Shown piece after piece: positions 26,708 to 34,825 of a stretch of 37,829 bases of DNA. The notes beneath the pieces were generated by a model, which did no database searches, had not been told where the DNA came from, and saw only the letters and a program-made list of their open reading frames with translations. Where the stretch lies: the NCBI GenBank assembly GCA_014191415.1, contig BJHB01000002.1, forward strand, positions 1 through 37,829, given 5' to 3'. A program made the translations under genes and the position numbers. Source of the DNA: Chloroflexota bacterium. Lineage in GTDB: Bacteria; Chloroflexota; UBA11872; UBA12225. Each line of letters opens with the position of its first letter. The stretch's first letter is position 1.

Positions 26708-27627
26708 TGTCCGGTCTCTCGACCACATTGCCACCGCCACGACCCCGTCCGGTTAGGACGCCAATGTCGATTGCGGTCGGTTGGTTGATCAAGTACCGAG
26801 GTGGGCTTTCAGCGCGATTGTTGCTGTGGTTGCTCCTGTTGTACTTTCTCGCACCGATCATCTGGACAATCGCTTCTTCATTGAAGACACGCGCGGAACT
26901 CTTTCAGGCAACTCCGAGTTTCATCACCCTAAATCCCACTATTGCAAACTACCAATATGCAATCAAGCGACTAACCGGTTTCGATCTGTTCTTCCGCAAT
27001 TCACTCATCGTCACTCTTGGTGCAACCGTTCTGCAAACTATCCTGGCGACGCTTGCGGGTTATGGGTTCGCTCGGTTGCGCTTCAAGGGCCGCGACCTGA
27101 TCTTCTACACAATGGTGATGCTCATCTTCGTGCCCCGTGCGGGTGGACTGATGGCGCAGTACGAACTCATGAGTTTTCTGGGGTTGCGCAACAGCCTATT
27201 CGGGCTGATCCTGGCATTCTCCGCCGGACTGGCGGTGCCAGTCTTCATCATGCGCCAGTCATTCCTCAATCTGCCTCCAGACTTTGAAGACGCGGCGCTG
27301 ATTGACGGATGCAACCGCTTCCAGGCGTTCTGGTATGTCATGGCGCCGATGGCTACGGGATCGATGATGGTCGTAGCGTTGTTCGAGTTCATCAGGGTCT
27401 GGGGTGAGTACCTGTTCACCCTCACAATGATTGATAACCGCGATTTGTTCACCCTGGGAATTGGGATGGCGATGCAATTCCTCGGTGTCTCGATGGAGTT
27501 TGGGGAGTTCACCAGTTACGGGTCACAGGCGGCTGCCTTTGTCATGGCGTCTTCGCCAGTCGCCATCTTCTTTCTGGCAACGCAAAGGTGGTTTGTGCGG
27601 GGGTTGATGGAGGGGTTGAAGTTCTGA
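26707..27627 (+). CDS. carbohydrate (CUT1) ABC transporter permease, MalG-like
   Basis: ORF 26611..27627. ATG 26707 overlaps the upstream TGA by 1 nt (TGATG). EAA loop EDAALIDGCNRFQAFWYVMAP. Confidence 0.88.
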   Translation: MSGLSTTLPPPRPRPVRTPMSIAVGWLIKYRGGLSARLLLWLLLLYFLAPIIWTIASSLKTRAELFQATPSFITLNPTIANYQYAIKRLTGFDLFFRNSLIVTLGATVLQTILATLAGYGFARLRFKGRDLIFYTMVMLIFVPRAGGLMAQYELMSFLGLRNSLFGLILAFSAGLAVPVFIMRQSFLNLPPDFEDAALIDGCNRFQAFWYVMAPMATGSMMVVALFEFIRVWGEYLFTLTMIDNRDLFTLGIGMAMQFLGVSMEFGEFTSYGSQAAAFVMASSPVAIFFLATQRWFVRGLMEGLKF

Positions 27628-27697
27628 CAGATGCGGTGTGGATGGTGCCCTTCAGTCGTGCAGATCACGGCGTAGACTTGTCATAAGGAGGCACGTC

Positions 27698-28819
27698 ATG
27701 ACCGGCAACACACACCGCATCGACATTGACGAATCCCGGCCCCTGATCCAACAGCCCGAAGTCGGACACAATCGCTGGCACGAGGACATCCGTCCGGTGA
27801 TCCATGCGCGGTCCGGTGACCGGGTGACCATGCAGACGCGAGATGCCTTCGATGGGCAGGTCACACGTCAGTCAACCCTTGATGAGATTGCCAAAATCGA
27901 TCTCGGACCGGTGCATCCTCTCACGGGTCCGGTCGCAATCGACGATGCCGAGGAGGGCGACCTCCTTGAAGTGCGCGTCGTCGATATCGTCCCGGCGTCG
28001 TTTGGCTACACCGTGCAGGTTCCGGGGTTCGGGTTCCTTGCCGATCACTTCCCTGATCCGCATCTGGTGCGATGGACGATCGCTGACGGGTTCGCCGAAT
28101 CCGGTGACCTGCCGGGCGTGCGCATTCCCTACGTCGCGCATCCGGGGGTGATCGGGCTGGCCCCTGGTCGTGCACTGCGCGAACGGATTGCCAAGCGCGA
28201 GGCCGCCCTGGTGGCACGCGGCGGGTTCGCGATGCCACCCGATCCGGTTGGGGCAGTGCCGGGTGATCCGCTCATCGCCGGACACGCCCTGCGCACGATC
28301 CCACCGCGTGAGGTCGCGGGCAACATCGACATCAAGCAACTGAACCCCGGCACCTCGATCTACATCCCCGTCTCGGCCCCCGGTGGCCTCTTCAGTGTGG
28401 GCGATGTGCATTTCGCGCAGGGTGACAGCGAGACGTGTGGCACCGCAATCGAGATGCGGTCGGAGTCGACCTTTGAGTTCCACCTGCACAAGGGCGCCGC
28501 GGCAAGCAAGGGCATCCGGTCGTTCTATCTGGCTCGCACGGGGACTGACGCGGTGCCCTACCGTTCTTCGCCGGGTCGGTTCGTCGCGATCCCGGGCATG
28601 CCGATCACCGCGGATGACGAGAACCATGGTGGTGATGCAACCCTCGCGGCCAAGAACGCCCTGCTTGGGATGATCGAATACATCGTGCGTGAACACGGAT
28701 ATACACGCCAGCAGGCGTATGCGATCTGTTCGGTGGCGGTGGACCTCAAGGTATCGGAACTGGTTGACGTGCCGAACTTCATCGTCACGGCCTTCCTGCC
28801 TCTCGAGATCTTCGTCTAG
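27698..28819 (+). CDS. acetamidase/formamidase (FmdA/AmdA) family amidohydrolase
   Basis: ORF 27638..28819. ATG 27698 has a textbook AAGGAGG 7 nt upstream. N-terminal GHNRWHEDIRPV and family-typical CGTAIE and GNIDIKQL motifs. Confidence 0.88.
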   Translation: MTGNTHRIDIDESRPLIQQPEVGHNRWHEDIRPVIHARSGDRVTMQTRDAFDGQVTRQSTLDEIAKIDLGPVHPLTGPVAIDDAEEGDLLEVRVVDIVPASFGYTVQVPGFGFLADHFPDPHLVRWTIADGFAESGDLPGVRIPYVAHPGVIGLAPGRALRERIAKREAALVARGGFAMPPDPVGAVPGDPLIAGHALRTIPPREVAGNIDIKQLNPGTSIYIPVSAPGGLFSVGDVHFAQGDSETCGTAIEMRSESTFEFHLHKGAAASKGIRSFYLARTGTDAVPYRSSPGRFVAIPGMPITADDENHGGDATLAAKNALLGMIEYIVREHGYTRQQAYAICSVAVDLKVSELVDVPNFIVTAFLPLEIFV

Positions 28820-29065
28820 CGCAAACTCCAGTGGCGTGCAGCCGGGTTCCCCCTTTCCGAAACGGTCTTGGGCGTTGACAAAAGAACTGTTCGTGGGCGG
28901 CGTCGATGTGCCGTCGTGCGGCCGGTTTTGGGTCGCCACCCAAGTCTTGTGCGGAAAGGGAGGCCAGGCGCTCGGATACCCGGGATATCGATGGGGTGGG
29001 TTCCGCTCTGTTCCGCGAGCATTCTTGCCCACTTTTCGCTTGTCGATCCCGCGATGCACCCCCGA

Positions 29066-29082
29066 ACCGGAAACTTTCCGGT
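29066..29082. promoter_or_regulatory. perfect 17-nt palindrome (operator candidate)
   Basis: ACCGGAAA-C-TTTCCGGT, inside the 434-nt non-coding spacer upstream of the metallohydrolase gene. Confidence 0.4.
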
Positions 29083-29253
29083 CAACGGGTGATGTCTTGG
29101 CTCAGACGAGGGTTGTAACCGAGGCATACGAGTGGGCCATGCGAAGCGAACATAGCCATGGGGTGGCGGAGTGGCTTGTCGGTTCCACAGGCCAGAGTGC
29201 CCCCCGGCGACCTGCACTCGCGCTATCGGATCGGTGAGGCTATCCTGACCGGC

Positions 29254-30396
29254 ATGATGACACCGACATTTGACCTTGTGGTGCACGGCGGGACCGTGAT
29301 CGATCCGGAGACCGGGACCAATCGTGTGGCCGATGTGGGGATCCGTGACGGACGCATCGCGGCGGTGGGTTCGGAACTGGGGCGCGATGGTGCGGAACTG
29401 ATCGATGCGACCGGGTGCCTTGTGACTCCGGGCCTGATCGACCTGCATGCTCACGTCTACGCGGGCGTCACCCCGCTCTCCATTGATGCCGATCCGTTAG
29501 CGTCACGAAGCGGCACATCGACGCAAGTTGATGCCGGGAGCGTCGGGGCGGCAACGTGGGACGGGTTCCGCCGGTTCATCGTCGAACCATCGCAAAGCCG
29601 TGTGCTTGCGTTCCTGAACATTTCCATCATTGGTCTGGTCGCAATGCCCGAATGTGGCTATGGCCGGTTCGTTGACCCGACGGAGACGGCAAGGGTGGTT
29701 GAGGCGAACCGCGATCTGATCGTCGGCGTGAAGGTGCGGGCAAGCCGCAATGCGTTCGGTGAGGACAACTCGTTGCAGCCGGTCTGGCACGCCATCGCGG
29801 CGGCCCGGGCGGCGCAGGTACCGGTCATGATGCACATCGGTGATCCGCCACCAGTCTTCGAGGAGGGTCTGGCGGCCCTGCGCAAGGGCGATATGGTGAC
29901 GCACGCGTGGAAGGGGCAGCCGGTGACGCGCCTGACCGAGCGTGACGGTCGGGTCAAGCCTGAGGTAAGGGCAGCCCGTGACCGTGGGGTGCTATTTGAC
30001 ATCGGGCACGGATCGGGCAGTTTCAACTGGACGACCGCGCATCACCTGGCTGACCAGGACTTCTGGCCCGACACAATATCGACGGACGTCCATATCAACA
30101 GCATCCGCCCGCCGGTGTCGATTGACATGCCGGCAACGATGACGAGGCTGCTGCACATGGGCATGCCGCTTGTAGACGTGGTTGGGGCCTCTACCTCCCG
30201 TCCGGCAAAGGCAATCGGGTGGGGCGACCGGATCGGGTCCCTGCGCCCGGGGCATCTTGCCGATGTTGCGATCCTTGCGGTTGAGAACCGGGAGGTGGTC
30301 CTGACCGACTCCTACGGGGTGTCCGAAACGGTGCGTCGGCAGATTGTGGCGCGCACGACCATTGTCGGTGGGAAAGTGATGGCCCGGGTCAGCTAA
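29254..30396 (+). CDS. amidohydrolase/deacetylase-family metallohydrolase (dihydroorotase-like fold)
   Basis: ORF 29158..30396; conserved start MMTPTFDLVVHGGTVIDP at ATG 29254. Metal motif PGLIDLHAHVY and the later DIGHGSGSF. Confidence 0.85.
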   Translation: MMTPTFDLVVHGGTVIDPETGTNRVADVGIRDGRIAAVGSELGRDGAELIDATGCLVTPGLIDLHAHVYAGVTPLSIDADPLASRSGTSTQVDAGSVGAATWDGFRRFIVEPSQSRVLAFLNISIIGLVAMPECGYGRFVDPTETARVVEANRDLIVGVKVRASRNAFGEDNSLQPVWHAIAAARAAQVPVMMHIGDPPPVFEEGLAALRKGDMVTHAWKGQPVTRLTERDGRVKPEVRAARDRGVLFDIGHGSGSFNWTTAHHLADQDFWPDTISTDVHINSIRPPVSIDMPATMTRLLHMGMPLVDVVGASTSRPAKAIGWGDRIGSLRPGHLADVAILAVENREVVLTDSYGVSETVRRQIVARTTIVGGKVMARVS

Positions 30397-30463
30397 GCGG
30401 CGACGCGGACATGAGCGCCACCCCGCCACCCCATGTTCATAGTCGCTTTGCTGCGGTTCAGTT

Positions 30464-30495
30464 CCCCGGGTCGCCGGTGTGTCGGCAACCCGGGG
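30464..30495. terminator. GC-rich hairpin between convergent genes (bidirectional terminator candidate)
   Basis: CCCCGGGT-C-GCCG-GTGTGT-CGGC-A-ACCCGGGG; 12 paired positions, followed by CGGTTTCA on the plus strand. Lies between stop 30396 (+) and stop 30501 (-). Confidence 0.5.
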
Positions 30496-30500
30496 CGGTT

Positions 30501-31016
30501 TCAGTGGGTGAACTTCGGTGTGGCGTCAGGTGCGGCGGCTGCATCCGCTGGGGACGCCGGTGCGTGTGCGTGGTCGTGACCGGCATACATGTCGCGTTGG
30601 GCGATCATGAGGGCGGCCATGCCCAGAAGCATCGCCCCGTGGCTCCACATCGCTGACATCGGTCCGAATGTTCCGGGCCAGATCAGTTCAGCCGCATAGA
30701 CCGGGATGGCTGGCACGACCATCGAGGCCGACATCTCGGCACCGTGGCGCCACGAGTGCCCCCGGTAGCGCATCCACAGGATCATCGGGACGATCATCGA
30801 CAGGTCCATCGCGGTGATTCCACCGATCTGTGACATGACCGATTGTTCGGTGGCAATCACTTCCGTGCCATGCATCGAGGCGTGCATGCTCATCGCCCCA
30901 CCCTCGCCGAACAGCATGGCGCTCAGCCTTCCCCAGGCCATCATGCCAGCAAACATGGCAACGACCATCTCCAGATAGTGCTGTATCAGACGGTTCATTG
31001 CGTTACGGTATCCCAT
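30501..31016 (-). CDS. hypothetical Met/His-rich integral membrane protein
   Basis: 171-aa ORF with 4 hydrophobic segments. I count 23 Met and 10 His, including MSMHASMHG and a C-terminal HDHAH. Start is ATG 31016 or ATG 30998. Confidence 0.6.
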   Translation of the reverse strand: MGYRNAMNRLIQHYLEMVVAMFAGMMAWGRLSAMLFGEGGAMSMHASMHGTEVIATEQSVMSQIGGITAMDLSMIVPMILWMRYRGHSWRHGAEMSASMVVPAIPVYAAELIWPGTFGPMSAMWSHGAMLLGMAALMIAQRDMYAGHDHAHAPASPADAAAAPDATPKFTH

Positions 31017-31117
31017 GTGCGTGAACGGGCCGATGGGGAATTCCCTGATCTTGACCGCCGGTGGGAAAGCCTAGTCTCCGGGCGAGGATACGTGACCGTG
31101 ATACGGTGGCACACATC

Positions 31118-32242
31118 ATGGCGGGAGACATATTCGACCTTGCGGTGGTGGGTGCGGGGATTGTGGGACTTGCGCACGCACTTGTTGCGGCGAGGCGTGG
31201 TTGGCGAGTGGTGGTGATTGACCGCGATGACCGGTGCGTCGGAGCTTCCATAAGGAACTTCGGGTTCATCACCGTTTCCGGGCAAGGGGCGGGCGACACA
31301 TGGCGACGGGCGATGCGGTCACGGGATGTCTGGGCGGAGGTTGCGCCCCTCGCCGGGATACCGATCTTGCAGAGAGGCCTTTGGCTTACCGCGCACCGGC
31401 CCGAGGCGTGGACGGTCCTTGAGGCCTTCGCTCGCACGCCGATGGGCCACGGGTGTGAACTTGCAGGGGCGTCCGACGTGAGCCACCGGGCACCGGAACT
31501 GCGGATGGATGGTGCGGTGGGTGCCATGCATTCGCCCCACGAACTTCGGGTCGAGTCGCGTCAGGCGGTGCCACGCCTCGCAAGTTGGCTTGCCGAAGCC
31601 CACAGTGTGATGTTTCGGTGGGGTGAAACCGTCCTTGATGTGACTCCCGATGGCCTGCGGACCGTGACTGGAGTGATCAGGGCGTCGCGCGTGGTTGTCT
31701 GTCCGGGGACGGTGCTGACCGGTGTGGCACGCACGTGGCTTGCGCCATTCGACCTGCGCCTCACGCAACTGCAAATGCTGCGGGTCCGGCCTCCGGTGGG
31801 GTTCCACCTGACCGCACCGGTGATGGGTGACCTGAGCCTGGTGCGGTATCGGGGCTACGCCGACCTGCCGGAGTCGGTCGCCCTGCGGACCAGGCTGGAG
31901 ACCGAGGCGGGTGATGCGTTGGCGAATGGCATCCACCTGATCGTTGTGCAAAGTTCCGACGGCACTCTCGTGGTCGGCGATTCGCACCACGACGCCGTGT
32001 CGCCCCTGCCCTTCGCATCTGAAGAGGTCGACCGGATCATCCTTCGCCATCTGCATGAGACGGTCGACCTGGCCTCGTGCGAGGTGGTGGAGCGGTGGAC
32101 GGGGGTCTACCCGGTGGGTGGGCCGTCGGACGCCCTGGTGGTGGCGCCGGATGACCGGGTGCGGGTGGTGGTGGTGACGAGTGGCACGGGTGCGAGTACG
32201 GCATTCGGCCTGGCCGAGGACGTGCTAGGGGGTTGGCTGTGA
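31118..32242 (+). CDS. FAD-dependent oxidoreductase of the phosphonate-associated TIGR03364 / PbfC-PbfD-like type
   Basis: ORF 31061..32242; start ATG 31118 (MAGDIFDLAVVGAGIVGLAHA dinucleotide-binding motif, GASIRNFG). Lies immediately upstream of phnX. Confidence 0.8.
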   Translation: MAGDIFDLAVVGAGIVGLAHALVAARRGWRVVVIDRDDRCVGASIRNFGFITVSGQGAGDTWRRAMRSRDVWAEVAPLAGIPILQRGLWLTAHRPEAWTVLEAFARTPMGHGCELAGASDVSHRAPELRMDGAVGAMHSPHELRVESRQAVPRLASWLAEAHSVMFRWGETVLDVTPDGLRTVTGVIRASRVVVCPGTVLTGVARTWLAPFDLRLTQLQMLRVRPPVGFHLTAPVMGDLSLVRYRGYADLPESVALRTRLETEAGDALANGIHLIVVQSSDGTLVVGDSHHDAVSPLPFASEEVDRIILRHLHETVDLASCEVVERWTGVYPVGGPSDALVVAPDDRVRVVVVTSGTGASTAFGLAEDVLGGWL

Positions 32243-32304
32243 CCGGGAACATGGATGCGTCCCACCCGGTTGCACTTCGACCGGATGAGCATTTTCATCA
32301 ACCC

Positions 32305-32412
32305 CGCCCCATCGCCCCTGATCCAGACATGCTTCGCTCCCGCCCCATCGCCCCTGATCCAGACATGCTTCGCTCCCGCCCCGTCGCACCAGATTCATAC
32401 GCGCTTCGCTTG
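32305..32412 (+). repeat. tandem array, 3 x 36 nt (two identical units plus one degenerate) of a C-rich extragenic repeat
   Basis: CGCCCCATCGCCCCTGATCCAGACATGCTTCGCTCC at 32305-32340 and, identical, at 32341-32376. Degenerate third unit CGCCCCGTCGCACCAGATTCATACGCGCTTCGCTTG at 32377-32412. Confidence 0.95.
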
Positions 32413-33216
32413 GGCGTCCGGGCGGTGGTGTTCGACTGGGCCGGGACGGTGGTCGATTTTGGTAGTCGGGCGCCGGCAATGACGTTCGTGGAGACATTCA
32501 GTGCGCAGGGCGTGCCGGTGACCGAGGCAGAGGCACGTGCGCCGATGGGTCTGCCCAAGCGGGACCACATCCGGACAATGGGGATGATGGCGCGGGTGGC
32601 CGAGGCATGGCGGGAGATCCATGGGTCGGCATTTGATGAGGCGGCGGTTGACAGGCTGTACGAAGCGTTCACGCCCCGGCAAGTAATGGCGGTGCGTGCG
32701 CATGCCGGCGTCATCTCGGGCGTGGTGTCGGTGGTGGATGCCCTGCGCAGGCGTGGGATCCGGATCGGATCGACAACCGGCTACCCACGCATTGTGATGG
32801 CTGCCATCATTGATCTTGTGGCATCGCAAGGGTTCGTGCCTGACGCGATGGTGTGCGCCGACGACTTGCCGGTGACCCGTCCGACGCCGTTGGGGATGTG
32901 GCGATGCCTGATTGAACTCGGGATGTGGCCCGCTTGGTCGGCGGTGAAGGTGGACGACACCGTGCCGGGCCTTCTGGAGGGACGTGACGCTGGGGCATGG
33001 ACCGTTGGCATCCTGGCGAGTGGCAACGCGGCCGGGTTGACGCACGCGGAGTGGGACGCGCTTGATGATCGCGGGCGCCAGGAAGTCCGTGATCGCTCGA
33101 GTGCTGCACTTGCGAGGGCGAGGCCGGACTTCACGATTGACACGGTGGCCGACCTACTGCCCGTGATCGACCAGATTGGTCACCGGCTGTGGTGTGGCGA
33201 ACGCCCGGGAGGGTGA
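32410..33216 (+). CDS. phnX: phosphonoacetaldehyde hydrolase (phosphonatase)
   Basis: HAD motif I VVFDWAGT, PMGLPKRDHIR, GIRIGSTTGYPR and VKVDDTVPGLLEGRDAGAWTVG closely follow characterised PhnX. ORF track starts at 32233, but family length (about 265-275 aa) and N-terminus fit TTG 32410. The upstream part is a tandem repeat. Confidence 0.9.
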   Translation: MGVRAVVFDWAGTVVDFGSRAPAMTFVETFSAQGVPVTEAEARAPMGLPKRDHIRTMGMMARVAEAWREIHGSAFDEAAVDRLYEAFTPRQVMAVRAHAGVISGVVSVVDALRRRGIRIGSTTGYPRIVMAAIIDLVASQGFVPDAMVCADDLPVTRPTPLGMWRCLIELGMWPAWSAVKVDDTVPGLLEGRDAGAWTVGILASGNAAGLTHAEWDALDDRGRQEVRDRSSAALARARPDFTIDTVADLLPVIDQIGHRLWCGERPGG

Positions 33217-33257
33217 CAGTGGTCGTGCATTCAGAGACCGATGCTTGATGGAAATGG

Positions 33258-33290
33258 GGGTCGGTCGCTCCCAGGGGGGATGACCGACCC
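33258..33290 (+). terminator. stem-loop downstream of phnX (terminator-like, no U tract)
   Basis: GGGTCGGTC (33258-66), 15-nt loop, GACCGACCC (33282-90); a perfect 9-bp stem 42 nt after the phnX stop. Confidence 0.35.
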
Positions 33291-33394
33291 ACCGGGGGTA
33301 GGCATAGGGGGCGAGGGTGGCAGACGGTCTTCGCGGTGTCAACCCCGATGTGAGTGGGAGACCGGCATCGGGTGGATCGGGCACACTACCGGGC

Positions 33395-34603
33395 ATGAAG
33401 ATCGCACGCGTTGAATCGTTCAGGGTTGTGGCACAGCGGGATTACGAGGGAAGTGCCGGATTACGGGCGGCGACCGTCGAGGCATCGGGAAGCTCCCGCC
33501 CCCGGGCCCTTGCACGCAACGACGGGCGCCACCTGTGCGTCTATCCAGCACAGGCCGAGGTACTGCTGGTCCGGATCGTGACCGACGACGGATTGGTGGG
33601 ATGGGGCGAGGCGCACTCGCCACCGATTCCCCGGGTCGCGCAGGCGCTCATCACCGACCTGTTCGCCCCGCAGCTGATCGGTCGCGATCCATTGGCGATC
33701 GATGCAATCTGGGATGCCCTGTACGCGAGCATGCGCCTGCGTGGCTACGGCACCGGCGTGATGCTGGAAGCCATTGCGGGCATCGACATCGCACTGTGGG
33801 ATCTGGCCGGCAAGGCGCTTGGGCAACCGGTCTACCGGCTGCTTGGTGGCCCGTACTCGACGCACATTCCGTGCTACTTGTCTGGAGTGCCTGGTGCGAC
33901 GGTGGATGACCGCATCCGGGCGGCGCGAGGGTTTGTCGCCGAGGGATACACCGCGATGAAGCTATCGGTCGGTCGCGGTCCGCTCGACGAGGATCTCGAT
34001 GGTGTCGAGGCGGTGATCGAGGCGGTCCGGGGTGACGCGGATGTTCTGGTCGATGCGCACGGTGTGTACGACGCGCGCACGGCCGTGGCTGCCGGACGGC
34101 GGTTGGAACGGGCCGGCGCGGGCTGGTTCGAGGACCCGCTGCCCCCGGAAGACGTGGATGGATATGCAGCCCTCTGCCAGACCCTGGACATTCCGGTGGC
34201 GAATGGTGAGACCGAGTGCAACCGCTGGCAGTTCCTCGACAAGTTCCGCAAGCGGGCTGCCGATGTGATCCTGCCAGATGTGTGCCGTGCGGGAGGCATT
34301 TCCGAGGGTCGGAAGATCGCACTGATTGCGGACTTGCATAACGTCCGGTGGTGCGTCCACGCGAGCATCTCCACGCCGATCCATTTGGCGGCGGGCCTGC
34401 ACTTGGCGGCGGCGACGCCGAACTTCCTGTTGTGCGAATACCCGCAGTCATTCCGCACGACCCCCCTCGCCAACGCACTGGTGGAGACCCCATTGCGCCC
34501 AGTGGATGGGTTCATGGACCTCGCGGACGTGCCGGGACTTGGGGTTTCGTTCAACCGGGATGTGTTCCGGGAACTCTGCCTCGACGAGATCGACTGGATC
34601 TGA
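33395..34603 (+). CDS. enolase-superfamily enzyme (mandelate racemase/muconate lactonizing family, acid-sugar dehydratase-like)
   Basis: ORF 33317..34603; start ATG 33395 (MKIARVESFRV). Metal-ligand pattern LVDAHG / WFEDP / ANGETE plus ILPDV and a late His. Confidence 0.85.
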   Translation: MKIARVESFRVVAQRDYEGSAGLRAATVEASGSSRPRALARNDGRHLCVYPAQAEVLLVRIVTDDGLVGWGEAHSPPIPRVAQALITDLFAPQLIGRDPLAIDAIWDALYASMRLRGYGTGVMLEAIAGIDIALWDLAGKALGQPVYRLLGGPYSTHIPCYLSGVPGATVDDRIRAARGFVAEGYTAMKLSVGRGPLDEDLDGVEAVIEAVRGDADVLVDAHGVYDARTAVAAGRRLERAGAGWFEDPLPPEDVDGYAALCQTLDIPVANGETECNRWQFLDKFRKRAADVILPDVCRAGGISEGRKIALIADLHNVRWCVHASISTPIHLAAGLHLAAATPNFLLCEYPQSFRTTPLANALVETPLRPVDGFMDLADVPGLGVSFNRDVFRELCLDEIDWI

Positions 34604-34760
34604 CGTCCCGCAGTGCTCGGGTAGTCAGGGGCCCCCTCGCCAACCACCCCAATCCAAGGGATTTCCCCGGATCATGGCGAATTGGGTGGACGGGTACGCT
34701 CTCCCAGACTGGCCTTCTGCGCATGAGTGCCGTAAGGTGAACGTTGATTACATCTCCACC

Positions 34761-34796
34761 TGCCCCATCGCCCCCGATTTACATACGCTTCGCGAC
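34761..34796 (+). repeat. single copy of the C-rich extragenic repeat
   Basis: TGCCCCATCGCCCCCGATTTACATACGCTTCGCGAC; 15 of 16 core matches plus the CTTCGC tail. Lies in the spacer before the DUF4188 gene. Confidence 0.75.
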
Positions 34797-34825
34797 GGTC
34801 AAATCTCCCTTGATGTGCAGGCGTT

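Noticed and set aside
27872-29059. 395-aa minus-strand ORF
   Set aside because: Antisense to the formamidase gene and extending into the spacer; Arg-rich with no motifs. The same reasoning was applied to 2402..3412 (+), 7566..8264 (+), 13625..14551 (-), 19076..20029 (-), 33651..34493 (-) and 33874..34647 (-).
32305-32412. CRISPR array
   Set aside because: The 36-nt units are directly abutting with no spacers. There are no cas genes, and related copies are dispersed singly, so this is an extragenic tandem repeat.
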